Origin: Camelus ferus
Taxonomy: Eukaryota
Assembly (NCBI RefSeq): GCF_009834535.1
Contig: NC_045696.1
Location: 930,001-994,000, forward strand
DNA: 64,000 nt
Direction: 5' to 3'
In this document: in pieces, positions 1 to 12,820 of the stretch
Numbering within the stretch: the stretch's first letter is position 1
How the letters are laid out: each line of letters starts with the position of its first letter
The notes under the pieces: model-generated
Databases searched by the model: none
Told to the model about the DNA's origin: nothing
Seen by the model: the letters and a program-made list of their open reading frames with translations, nothing else
Position numbers and translations under genes: made by a program

Positions 1-243
1 TAAGTAGGGTGTTAAAGTTCCCCATTATTATTCTGTTAGTGTCAATTTCTCCCTTTATGTCTGTCAATATGTGCTTTATGTATTTAATATTCCTATGTTG
101 GGTGCATATATATTTACAATTGTTATACTTTCTCCTTGGTTTGATCCCTTGATCATTATGTAATGTCCTTCTTTGTCTCTTCTTACAGTCTTCGCTTTAA
201 AGTCTATTTTGTCTGGTGTAAGTATTGCTATCCTGACTTTCTT

Positions 244-447
244 TTAATTTCCATTTCCACAGAATAGCTTTTTCCATCCCCTCATTTTCAGTCTGTGGGT
301 GTATTTTGGTCTGAAATGAATCTCCTGTTTGCAGCATATAGATGGGTCTTGCTTTTGTACCCATTCTACCACACTAAGTCTTTTGATTGGAGCATTTTGT
401 CCATTTAGATTTAAAGTAATTATTGATAGGTAGGTACTTATTGCCAT
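244..447 (-). pseudogene. Decayed L1 ORF2p endonuclease N-terminal fragment
   Basis: The motifs SIITLNLNG and ICCKQEIH (consensus-like ICCLQETH) lie in ORF 244..636; the frame stops prematurely. Confidence 0.85.
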
Positions 448-617
448 TTTGTTAATTGTTTTGAGGCTGTTTTTGAGTTCCTTTTCTTCCTTTCTTCTTC
501 TTCTGCTCTCCTCCCTTGTGATTTGGTGACTATCTTCAGTGTTGTATTCGGATTCCTTTCTCTTTCGTAAGTATGTATCTAGTATACATATTTGGCTTGT
601 GGTTACCATGAGGTTTA

Positions 618-637
618 TACACACACACACACACACA
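618..637 (+). repeat. (CA)n microsatellite
   Basis: tacacacacacacacacaca read directly. Confidence 0.9.
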
Positions 638-2716
638 TATGAATGATTACTTTAACCTGCTAATCTCTTTAGTTCAAACGCATTTTAACAACCTTGCATT
701 TTTACTTCCTTCTTCCCACACTGCTGGTTTTGACATCGTATTTTACATCTTTTTGTTTTCTGTATCCCTTAGCTCTTAACTACTTATTGTGCATATAGAT
801 GATTTTACTAATTTTGTCTTTTATCCTGCTAGCTTTGGTTGATTTACTACCTTTACTGCTGCATATATTCCTTTACGAATGAGATTTTTCCTTTTGTAAT
901 TTTCAAGTTTCTAGTTGTGAACTTTTCTTTTTCACTTAGAGAAATCATTTTAATATTCCTTATAAAGTTGGTTAGTTGGTGATGAACTCTTAGTTTTTGC
1001 TTTTCTGTAAACTTTTGATCTCTCCATCAAAATGAATGAAAGCCTTATCAAGGAAAGTATTCTTCATTGTAGGTTTTTCCCTTTCATCACTTTAAATATA
1101 TTGTGCCACTCCCTTCTGGCCTGCAGTTTCTGCTGAAAAGTCAGCTGGTAGCCTTATGGGAGTTCCCCTGGAAGTAACTTGTTGCTTCCCCTTGCTTCTT
1201 TTTATATTCTCTTTACCTTTAACTTTTGCCAGTTTAATTACAATGTGTCTTGGTGTGATCCTCTTTGGTTGATCCTGCTTGGGATTCTCTGTGTTTCCTG
1301 GACCTGGATGTCTGTTTCCCTTCCCAGGTCAGGGAAATTTTCAACTATTTTGTCTTCAAATACATTCTCTGTTCCCTTCTCTTACTCTTCTCTTTCTGGG
1401 AATCCTATAATGTCAATGTTAGTATGTTCTCACTTCTTTTTATTCTTTTTTGCTGTTTTCTGTTCAGCCTCAGTGATTTCCAATACTCTGTCTTCCAGCT
1501 CTCTGATCCATTCCTTTGTATCATTTAATCTACTGTAGATTCCCTCTAGTGTATCTTTCATTTCAGTTATTGTATTCTTCATCTCTGTTTGGTTGTTCTT
1601 TATATTTTCTAACTCTTTGTTAAAAACGTCTAACTCTGTTCATCCATTCTTCTCCCAAATTCTTTGATCATCTTTATGATCATTATACTGAACTCTTTAT
1701 TGGGTAGATTGCCTATCTCCACTCCACTTATTTCCTTCTGGGGTTTTATCGTGTTCCTTCATTTGGAACATGTTTCTCTGTTATCCCATTCTGTCTAATT
1801 TGCTGTTTTTATTTCTACATATCTGGTAGGTTGGTTACTTTTCCCAACCTTGGAGATGTGGCCTTTTTTAGGAGAAGTCCTATGTGTCACAGCTGCAGAC
1901 TCCCCTCTGGTCATCAGAGCTATATGCTCTAGAGTTGCCCCCTTTTGTGGATTGTGTGGATCCTTCTGTTGTGGTGGGCTGACTACTGTGGGTGATCTGG
2001 TAGGCATGGTGACCCCACAGTCTGGTTGGTTGCCAGACCCTGCCTACAAGCTGGTGGTCAGGGGTAGGTCTGGCTCCTGAGGTTAATAAGCTAGAGAGAG
2101 GGTTCCAAAATGGCTCTTGCCAGCACCAGTGTCCACATGGTAGAACAACCTCCCCAAAATAGCTGCCACTATTGTCTATGCCCCCAGGGAGAGCTCCAGT
2201 TGCCTCCTGCTTCTCTGGATCAGTTAGTGGGTCTGACCGAGGTTCCTTTCAAATTACTCCTTCTGCTGTGGGTCCCAGAGCATGTGAGATATTGTGTGTG
2301 CCCTTTGAGAGCAGAGTCTCTATTTCCTATGGCCCTCTGGCTCTTCCTAAAGTTAGGCCACTGGTCTCCAAAGCCAAATGCTCTGCGGGTTTTTCTTCCT
2401 GGTACAGGACCTCCAGGATGACGAGCTCAATGTGAGGCCTGGATCCCTCACACCTTGGGGAGAACCTCTGAAACTGTAATTATTCACCCATTTGTGGGTC
2501 ACTCACCCCAGGATATGAGATTTGACTATACTGCAATTCTATCATTCTTGCCCATTTCATTGTGGTTTCTTCTCTGTATCTTTAGTTGTAGAAAATCTGT
2601 TCTAGTAGATTCCAGTCTTTCTCAGCAAGAGTTTCTGTAAATAATTGTAATTTTGGTGTGTCCATGAGAGAAGGCAGCTAAGGGTCTTCCTACTCCACCA
2701 TCTTAGACAAGCTCTC

Positions 2717-5700
2717 AAAACATATTATTTTAAAACACGGAACATTCTCCAGGAGAGACCAGATATTAGGCTAGAAAAAAACAAATCTCAAACTTTTAAA
2801 AGACTGAAATCATACAAAGTGTGCTTTCTAATAGGAAGGGAAAGAAATACAGAAGTCAACAACATAAACATAAGAAATTCATAAGTTTGTGGTAATTAAA
2901 CAGTCCACTCCTAAATAACCAAGGTATCACAGAAGAAAGCACAAAGAAAATCAGAAAAATTCTGAGAGGACTGAAAATGAAAATACAACATACCAAAATA
3001 TATGGGCGGCAACAAAAGTGATTAGAGAGTATTCCAGCTGTGAACATCAATATTAAAAAAGAATAAACGCCTCAAATCAATAACCTAAACTTCCACCCTA
3101 AGAAATTAAAAAAGAACAAACTAAATCTAAAGCAAGAAGAAGGAAGAAAAAAGCAAGTATTAGAGCAAAAATAATGAAGTAAAAAACAGAAAACAATAGC
3201 AAAAAAAATGAACTTAGACGTTAGTTCTATGAAAAACAAAAAAAAGAAAAAGAAAAAGACAAATTTTTATCCAGACAATCCAAGAACAAGAGAGAAAACT
3301 TAAATTACTAAAATCAGAAACGAAATTAGGAACCTTAAAGAAATTTTAAAAATCATCAAGAAATATTATGAACAATTGTTTGCCAATGAATTAGATAACC
3401 TAGGTGAAATGGCCAAATTCCTAGAAAGGCAGAAACTATCAAGACTGATTCAAGAACAACAACAAAATCTGAATAGACCTAAAATGGGTAAAGACATTCT
3501 GTTAGTAACTGAAAAAACTTCCCACAAGGAAAAGTCCAAGGCCAACTGGCTTTCACTAGTGAATTCCATCAAACATTTAAAGAAGAATTAACACCAATCC
3601 TTCAAAGACTCTTCCAAGAAATAGAAAAGGACACTTTCCAATTCGTTCTATGAGGCCAATATAATCCTGATATCAAAATCTGACAAAAAATATTACAGGA
3701 AAGAAAATATATAGATCAATATGCCTTAACAATGCACGTGCAAAAATCCTCAACAAAACACTAACAAACTAAATCTAGCAATATATCAAAAGGATTATCC
3801 ACCATGACCAACTGGGATTTATCCAAGGAATGCAAGGTTGGCTTCAGCACATGAACATCAATCAATATTATGCATGACATTAGAAAAGGACAAAAACCAC
3901 ACAGTCATCTCAATAGATTCAGAAAGAGCATCTGACAACAATAACAACACTCTTTCATGATAAAAAAAAAAAATTCAACAAAATAAAAATAGAAGGAAAC
4001 TTTCTTAACCTAATAAAGGACATCTACAAAAATCCACAGCTAACAACATACTTAATGGTGAAAGGCTGAAAGCTTTCTCCTTAAGATCAGGAAGAAGATA
4101 AGGATGTCCACCTTTGCCAGAACAATTCAACATTATACTAGAGGTTATAACCAGGGCAATTACAAAAGAAATAAAAGTACAGGGCATCCAGATTAGAAAA
4201 GAAGAAGCAAAATTATCTATATATGCAGAAGACATAGTCTTATACATAGAAAACCTTCAAAATCCACTAAAAAAACTATTACAGCTAATACACCCCATGT
4301 TCATGGATTAGAAGACTTAATGTTAAGATGGCAATATTCCAAAATTGGTCTATACATTCAGTACATTCCTTATCAAAATTCCAGCTGCCTTTCATGCAGA
4401 AATTGACAAGATAATCCTAAAAAAATCATATGGAAATGCAAGGGACTGGGAATAGCCAAAACAACCTTAAATAAAAACAACAAAGTTGGAGGACTCACAC
4501 TTCCCAATTTCAAAACTTAGCACAAAGTTTCAATAATTAAGACTGTGTAGTTTTGGCATAAAGATAGATATAAAGAAAGATGGGATCAAACTGAGAGTCC
4601 AAAAATAAACCCTTATTTTATGGTCAACTGCTTTTCAACAAAGGTGCTAAAAGACCATTCACTGAGGAAATAATCTTTTCAACAAATAGTGCTAGGACAA
4701 CTGGATAGCCAGAAACAGAAACTTCTCCCTCATACCATACATAAAAATTAACTCAAAATGTATTAAAGATCTAAATTTAAGAGCTAAAACTTTAGAATAA
4801 AACACACGTGTGAATCTTTGTGACCTGGGATTAGGCAATGTTGTCTTAAATATAATACCTAAAACACAAGTGACAAAAGAAAAAAATAGATTAATTGGAC
4901 TTCATGAAAATTAAAACATTTTGTGCATCAAAGGATACTATCAAGAAAATGAAAAGACAACTCATAGTTGGAGAGGGAATATTTGCAAAACATATATCTG
5001 ATAAGGGATTAGTAAACAATATATAAAGAACTCTTACAACTCAACAATAAAAAGACAACCCAATTCAAAAACAACCAAAGGGTTTGAATAGACATTTCTC
5101 CAAAGAAGATATACAAATGGCCAATAAGCACACGAAAAGGTGCTCAAAAGCATCAGTCATTAGGGAAATACTAATCAATACCACAATGAGATACTATTTC
5201 ACACCCACTAAGATAGCAATAATCAAAAAAGTGAAAATAACAAGTGTTGGTAAAGATGTGAAGAAACTAGAACCCTCATACATCACTGGGAGTCATGTAA
5301 AATGGCACAGGATATTTGGAAAACAGTTTGGAAGTTACCCAAAAAGTTAAACATAGAGTTATTATTTGAGCCATCAAATTCACTCCTAAGTATATACTCA
5401 AAAGAAATGAAAACATGTATTCATACAAAAACTTGTACATGACTGTTGACAATACATTATTCATAATAGACAAAAAATGAAAAAAAACCTCAAATATCCA
5501 CTTCCTGATGAATGAATGGATAAGCAAAATGTGATATATCCATACAATGCAGTATTTTTCAGCCATAAAAAGGAATAAAGTACTGATAAATGCTACAGTG
5601 GGCAATGGATGAACCCTGACATTATTATACTGAGTAAAAGAAGCCAGAGACCAAAGGCTACATACTTATAACTCTACTCTTATGGAAAGTGTATAATAGG

Positions 5701-5925
5701 CAGAACCTTAGAGACAGAAGTAGATTAACGGTTGCCAAGAGCTGAGGGAAGGGAGGAGTGGGGAGTGACTGTTAAGGGGTATGAAGTTTCTTTTCAAAGT
5801 GATGAAATGCTCTGGAATTAGGCAGTGATGATGGTTGCACAACCTTGTAAATATACCAGAAACCACTAAATCTAAACTTTAAAAGGGTGAATTTTATGGC
5901 ATGTAAATTATATCCCCCAAATTTC
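2717..5925 (+). mobile_element. Older LINE-1 (L1MB-like) ORF2 and 3'UTR, interrupted at its 5' side by the minus-strand L1
   Basis: ORF2 fragments are visible: ANELDNLGEMAKFLE (3376), the RT core FNIILEVITRAI...LSIYAEDIVLYIEN with a degenerate YADD (4114-4311), and the C-terminal MNRHFSKEDIQMANKH (5084). The 3'UTR ends ...aaagggtgaattttatggcatgtaaattatatc. Confidence 0.9.
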
Positions 5926-5949
5926 AAAGTAAATTAAAGAAATTTTAAA

Positions 5950-7950
5950 AATAATAAAAGTGAAATTAAAGTACTTATAGAAAAAACAATCGGAGTGTCT
6001 ACTACCAGCAAAAAATGAAATTTCTAAAGAAGGCTCTTGGGGCAGAAGGGAAACAACACCAAAATGAAAGTCAGAAATGTCAGAGAGTGATGAAAGGCAA
6101 AGAATGGGTAAAAACGTGAATAAATCTAAATGAATAGTGACAGTATGTTAAATACTGCTAATTAAATACTGTTAATATTGTTTCATTGAGTTTAAAAAAT
6201 CATATACAATTAAAATACAAAATTACAAGCACATATAAATCTGGAAGGGTGAATGGAGTGCAGGTATTCTAAGAAATATGATGTTTGTATGGTCCAAGAG
6301 GAAGGTAAAACTGCATTATCTGGGTAAGTTAATAACACATTATCTAATTTACACAGTAACCACAAAAAGAAAGAAAAATATAATATAACCTCCAATGTAC
6401 CAGAGAGAATGGAAAAGTACAATGATTTTTTAAAAATCGTAATACTAGTTTCAAATAATACAAGAAAAGAGAGAAAAATAAACACAGAAAATGTGAGACA
6501 GGAGTAAGATATAATAGGATTGTGGATTTAAATGCAAATAGATCAATAATCATACATTCAATGTAAATGAGCTGACTGTTCCCATTAGAGGACAAAGATG
6601 ATCATATTGGATGAAAAAAGCCTAACTGTATAATCTTTGCAAGAGACATAGCTAAACTAAAAGAATACAGTAAGTCTGAAAGTAAAATTTAAAACAAGGT
6701 ACCATAGAAATATAAGCCTAAAGAAATCTGATATGGCTACATTAGCACCAGACACATTATACCATAAAGGCAAAGATTCATTATTAGAGATAAAGAGAAC
6801 CACTCATAATACTTAAAGTCTCAATTCATCAGGAAGACATAAGAATTTTAAATTTGCACGCCCCTAATAACATGGTCTCAAAGTATATAAATAAAAATTG
6901 ACAGAACTACAAGGAGAAATAAGACAAATCCATAATCATAATGAAATTGTGTAATTATCTTAGCAATTCATATAACAATCAGACCAAAACAAAAAGTAGT
7001 TAGAAAACAGAAGATGTAAGTAATATGCTTATCAAGTTAGCTGAATAGAATATAAAGAACACTGAACCTAATTCTTCTCAAGCACACAAGCACATTTGAG
7101 AAAACTTATAGACCATCTTCCAAGCTGTAAGGCACATCAGCAAATTTCAAGGGATTAGAATCATAAAGAGCAGGATCTTCGGGCAATGCAATTGTAATGG
7201 AAAAGAATAAAATAAGAAAATATGCATATGTTTGGAAATTCTTAAATATTCTTCTAAACGGCCTAGAAATCAAAGAAAAACATCATAATAGAAATTAGAA
7301 AATACATTGTCTTAGTCAGCTCAGGCTGCTATAACAAAATAGCGTAGATTGGGTGCCTTAAACAACAGACATTTATCTCCCACAGTTCCAGATGCTGGGT
7401 AGCCTGAGACCAGGTGCCAACATTGTCAGGCTCTGGTGAGGGCCCTCTTTCCGGCTTGCAGATGGCTGCCTTCTTTCTGTGTCTTCACGTGGCAAGAAAC
7501 AGAGAGACAGAGAGCAAGCTCTCTGGTCACTTCATATAACCTCAAACTCACGACCTCATCTAGACCTATTTCCCAAAGGCCCCCTCTCCAAGTACCATGA
7601 CATTGGGGGGTTAGGGCTTCAACACAGGAATTTGAGGGAGGAACAATTCAGCACATATTAAACAATAATGAAAATACCTCAAATCAAACTTTGATGCAGT
7701 TGAAGCATTATTTATAAGAAAATGTATCACCTTAAATGCATGTATTAGTAAAAGAGAAAAGCTGCAAATTAATAAATTAAGCATTCACTTCAAATTAGAA
7801 AGAACAGCTATAGGAAAAGAATATTATGGGCCAATTTCACTCATAGACATGAATGCAAAAATCGCCCCCTCACCCCAAAATTAGTCATCAGAATTTAATC
7901 AATATTAAGAATAAACTAGTATGAACAAGTCATGTTTATATAGTGGTCAT
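5950..7950 (+). mobile_element. Ancient L1 fragment (inter-ORF/ORF2 endonuclease region), split by a MaLR LTR
   Basis: A-rich plus strand with EN-like text (catacattcaatgtaaatgagctgactgttcccatt, ~6550; ttgcaagagacata). It resumes after the LTR at ~7665. Confidence 0.7.
7308..7662 (-). mobile_element. MaLR solo LTR (MLT1A-like)
   Basis: tgtcttagtcagctcaggctgctataacaaaat...ttaaacaacagacatttatctcccacagttc...gggttagggcttcaacacaggaatttgaggg is a recognisable MLT1A/MST reverse-complement layout. Confidence 0.8.
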
Positions 7951-8974
7951 CTCTGGGTGACAGAATTAAAGATTTTTATTCTGCTTTTGATGCTCATCTT
8001 TCTTCTAGAAAATCTCTAAATAAGCACTCATCTTATGAATCATGAAAATTATTTTTGAATTAATAATTAATATTCTTCTGATTGGTCATCTTTTTGAAGT
8101 CAACTAGATAATGAATGATGAGAAGATACTTAAAATAGCCATTTCATCTGAGCAACCATCTGAGCTACAAGACCTTATGTGTCTCAGTGTCTGTATTTGG
8201 TTGAAAACCAAGAAAGGGTAGATAGGAGTAGAAAAGGATTTCCAAAGACAGGGATGTGATAATAGCAATCTGTAGGCTTTCTGCCCAGACATAAGGGAGC
8301 AATCTCATACACAAATGTGCCTATAAATAGAATCCATACTGCACTTTAATGGATAATTTAAAAGCACTTTGCAAACAGAGTTAAGGAAACAGGAACTTAA
8401 ATGCTCAAAAATCAATAGTTCTGTCCTATCCCAACCTGGTGAGTTACAGAAACAGATGCTTAAGCTGTATACTTTTTCAAGAAACTCTGGAAGCTGAATG
8501 GTTACATACCAGAAAGTTTAAAAATATCTACAAGTTTTGGCATAATAATTCTGCATTTAGAAATTTACATTTCAGAAATAATCAGTGATACATACAATGA
8601 TTTTTGTATAGGATGCTTATTAAAGCATTATTTATGATGGTAAATATTTTAAAGCAGCATAAATATCCAGTCATTGGAAAGTAGTTCAGTAAACTGGGAC
8701 ACCCGTTGGAATAGTATGCAGCCATTCAAAATCATACTGTAGAAGAACATGATACGACACAAAGAAATGCTATCTACAAAGAAAAAAGTTTATTTTGTCC
8801 TTTATATTTTCTGCCTACTCCAATTTTTCTATACAAAATACTTGTATTATTTTTATAAATAGAAAAAAGCTTTAAAATAAAAAACTGATTCTCTCAAATA
8901 GACTCAAATACCCTTCATCAGCCTAAACCCACTTCTAGTGAAGGTTAACAGGCAGGTTGTACAGATTTGGTACA

Positions 8975-9525
8975 CTAGTCTTCTACAGCTAAATGACAAA
9001 CTATCATAAACTTAGCAACTTAAAACAATACACATTTATTATCTCATAGTTCTGTGGGTCAGGAGTCTGAGCAGGCTTAACTGGGTCCTCAGCTTAGGAT
9101 CTCATAAGACTGCAATCATGATGTTGGCAAGGCTGTGTTCTCATCTGCAGGCTCAACTGGGGAAGAATCTGCTTCCAAGGTCGCTCAGGTTTTGGCAGAA
9201 GTTTTATCCTTGCTATAGGACTGAGGACCCCTGCTTCCTACTGGCTGTTTCTGGAGGTTGCCCTCAGCTCCTAGAGATCACCTGCAATTCTTGCCATGTG
9301 GGCTTCCCCAACACTGGTACTTACTCAAGCTAGCAAAGATAGTCTCTAAATTAGTTTCTAACAAGATGAAATTATATATAACATAATCATGGAAGAGACA
9401 TCCCCTCACTTTTGTCTTATTGCATTAGTTAGATTCCCACCTCAATGGGGACGGGAATTATACAAAGGCATGAATAATAGGAGTTGGGGATCACGGTGGG
9501 GCCAACCCCATACAGTCTGTCCACT
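8975..9525 (-). mobile_element. MaLR LTR (MLT1 group)
   Basis: aaacttagcaacttaaaacaatacacatttattatctcatagttctgtgggtcaggagtctg...ggaagaatctgcttccaag. Confidence 0.75.
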
Positions 9526-10189
9526 CTATCAAGCTTCCCAGTGCTGAGCTCAGACAAAGGAGGGAAGTTTTCACTTGGATCTGAATACACTTCTGATCAA
9601 CTGACCACTCATAAACACAACCAAACCCTGCCCTCTATATTTGTGAGGCAGGACAGTACTGTAAAAAGCAAAGGGAGGGTTCACCATGAGTCAGAATTCA
9701 TCTGGGAAACTTTGGTAGGTCCAGCGCCAGCCCTGAAGGATGGTTAAGATTTAGATCAACAGCGGAATGAGAAAGGGAGATTTTTCCTCTGCAATAAGGA
9801 GAGGTTGAGAGGCAGCAATTCCCAAGGTAGGTTCTAGAAAAGTAAGCAGGATGGTTTGTTCACAAGAAACAAACCAATATGATGTCTAGTTTCATATTCT
9901 AATTGGTTCCTTGATGGACAACATACTTGCAAAAACTATAAACAAGACCTAGAAAGGAACACAGTTTGAATTTTGACTAACTCAGCAGCATTAACACCAA
10001 TTAGTATCCACAGTCTAGTAAATATTACTAATATTTACCTGTATCCAGTTGTCCTAAACTTCTGGAACATGGATGATTCCACCTTCCTGCCCCTGTCTGA
10101 AACTAGGCATGTCCAGAACAACTCCCCCCAGCCAATTAAAATGGACCAGTGACCCTCTTAAAGTGATTAACTGCAAGAGTCTCCATGTT

Positions 10190-11560
10190 CTAAAATCCAG
10201 ATGTAGAACATTTAAGAAGCAATTTTGCCAAACTTTCAAGGAACAAATATCCTTCTCTTTCAGAAACTATTACAGAAATGATGCAGCATCATTTTGATAC
10301 AAAATCCAATTAAGAGCAATACAAGAAGAGAATGTTATTGGTCAATACTTCTTATGAAAATATAGACCAAAATCATAAATGAAATACCATCATATTGGAT
10401 ACAACAATAAGTTTTAGATGTCGTATGTCATGACAAACTATAGTTTATCCCAAGAAATCAAGAATGGTTTAAAATTAAAAGATTAAAATATTTCACCTCA
10501 GAGTTCAAAGAAGAAAAGATGTAAAATTATCTAAATCAGTAAAGAAAACCATCTGATAAAATTAAAATCTATTAATGATTTTTAAAAATCTTTTATCAAA
10601 CTATTAGTCGATAAGACCATCCTTAACCTAATAAAAGGTATCTACCAATATATATACCAAACTTCATAATCAAGGCTTTGAAAACATTCCCTTTAAGGTA
10701 ATAAACAATATTAGGATAGTGTTATTGCAATTTTTACGCAACTTTGGTAGGGGTCCAAACAAAAGAACTAAGACCAAAAAAAAAAAAAAAAAAAAGATGT
10801 AAGGACTAGGAAAGAAGAAATGAAATTATCATTACTGATATAGAGAAATTAGAAACAGACCCACACATTTGCGAGATCTGGTATGTTTCAAAGGTAGCAT
10901 TGCAGATCACTGGGGAAAGGATGGTACAATAAGTGGTACTGGTAGAACTGGTTATGCGTTTGGAAAACTTCTAAAATTATATCTCTACCTCACACCTCAC
11001 ACAAAAATAAGTTCAAAGTAGAACATGAAGAGGAAATATTCAAAATATTTTTAAAGAGGAAGGTATCTTATGACCTTGGGGTAATAAAAGGATTTCTCAA
11101 ATAAGACTTAATAACCACAAATCATAAGGAAAAGACTGATAAACTTGACTACATTAAAATTAAACATCTGTTCATCAAAACAGTATTTTTAAAAGGATAA
11201 AAAAAATACACAAATAGAATCCAGAATATATAAAGAACTTCTAAAAAGCTATAAAAAGGACAACCCAGGCAACAAACAGATGAACAATATCAGAATACAA
11301 CTTACAGAAGAGGAAACCCAGATATCTAATAAATCGATTTTGAAAATCCCCGAACTCACTAGTAATCAAGGAAATACAAATGAAAACAGTGAGATATTTC
11401 AAATCTACTCAACTGAAAACAATTAAAACATATGAACATACAAAGGATTAGTGAGGATATGAAGAAACAAATCTTTGGAAAATATTTTGACAACAGCTCT
11501 GAGATTGGAAGCGGGCCTACCCTATGACCCCACAATTCCACGTGTAGATGTATACCTGGT
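10190..11560 (+). mobile_element. Ancient L1 (L1ME-like) ORF2/3' fragments
   Basis: A-rich, with L1 ORF2-like text such as gtttatcccaagaaatcaagaatggtttaaaatt and ccttaacctaataaaaggtatctac. Confidence 0.7.
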
Positions 11561-11864
11561 CCACTCTCTCCTGAGTACCCAGCACAGAGGAAAAGGGGAC
11601 CAGTGGGACATGGCAATTAGCAGGGGTGGAGGCTGAGCAGACAGTTTAGAGGAAGACTTCAAGTGGGACTCAGGCCAGGTAAGGCAATATCAGATGCCAA
11701 TATTGCCAGGAGATGAAACTGGGGATCAGAAGCATGCTTACTTAGGGCAACCCCCTCCTACACAGCAGCTGAATCAGTTTATTATCTATAGCCAATGTGA
11801 CCATGTTATTTCCTCCTTAAACTTCGCCAGCTAAAACCTTCTAGAACAGAGTCTCAACTCACAT

Positions 11865-12369
11865 GAGTTTCCTGCAGCTGCTCTAAAAATTTTTTTCCAT
11901 AAATTTAGTGTCTAACACAGCACAAATTAATTATCTTACGGCTCTGGAGATCAGAAGTCAGACACAGGTCTCCCTGGGCTAGAACCAAGGTGCCAGCAGG
12001 GCTGTGTTCCTTTCTGGAGGCTTGGCAGGAGAAACCATTTTCTTGCCTTTTCCAGCTTCTGGAGGCTGCCTGCATTCTTTGGCTCATGACCCCTTCCATC
12101 TTCAAAGCCAGCAATGAGGGGTAGAGTCTTCCTCATTTCACATCACTCTGACACTGACTCTTCTGCATCCCTCTTCCACATTTAATGACCCTTCGTGGTG
12201 ATAACTTCGGGCTCACCTGGGTAATCTAGGATAATCTTATTTTAAAATCAACTGACTAGCAATCTTCAATCCACCTGTTACCTTAAATCCTCTTTGACAC
12301 ATAATATAACAAGTTATGCAGATTAGGATGTAGATAGCTTTAGGTGAGCCACTATTTTGCCTACCACAT
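11865..12369 (-). mobile_element. MaLR LTR (MLT1C/D-like)
   Basis: cttgccttttccagcttctggaggctgcctgcattctttggctcatgacccct; ends gccactattttgcctaccaca, the reverse complement of the MLT1 start TGTGGTAGG. Confidence 0.85.
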
Positions 12370-12399
12370 AACCTCTCCTCAACTCTCCCTCCCACACCT

Positions 12400-12820
12400 C
12401 CAATGGCGTCCCAACCCTTCCACAATGCCTCCCACACCTCTAGTCTCAGCACCACCATACACCCTGTCTTCCAATGATGTCAACCTTCTGGCCTTTTTCT
12501 AATTGGTGACTACCTATTCATGCCCAAACAATTAAAACTCAAACTCCAGGGCTCAACCCAAAGGCCACTTCCTCCCTGAAGCCTTCTTTGATTCTCAGCC
12601 TAAATGAATCACATCTTCTCAACACACCAACACAGCTTTCTGTGTATCCCAATTGCAGCACTGAGCATGGCCTCCTGTAACCATCTGTTTTCATATCCTT
12701 TCCTCAGTCCAAAGCAGCGAGGCCTTCAATGATAAGAACTCTGTCTCATTCCCCTGTGGGTTCCCAAATCATTACACAGGACCTGGCGAAGAGTAGGAGC
12801 TCAGAGAGTATTTCTGAGGC
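12400..12820 (+). mobile_element. L2 3' fragment
   Basis: ggccacttcctccctgaagccttc...acaggacctggcgaagagtaggagctcagagagtatttctg resembles the L2 3' end. Confidence 0.55.

Larger units (their letters stand above)
1..2716 (-). mobile_element. LINE-1 5' portion (5'UTR, decayed ORF1, inter-ORF, start of ORF2 endonuclease); continues off the left edge
   Basis: The minus-strand translation from 447, MAISTYLSIITLNLNGQNAPIKR...DPSICCKQEIHFRPKYTHRLKMRGWKK, matches the L1 ORF2p APE-endonuclease N-terminus. The minus strand near 2716 reads AAGATGGTGGAGTAGGAAGACCC, typical of an L1 5' end. Frames are interrupted by stops. Confidence 0.9.

Noticed and set aside
3376..5350. Reverse-transcriptase-like peptide fragments as a possible active retroelement
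   Set aside because: The ORF2 is fragmented by many stops and frameshifts, the catalytic YADD is changed to YAED, and there is an apparent internal deletion near 4290.
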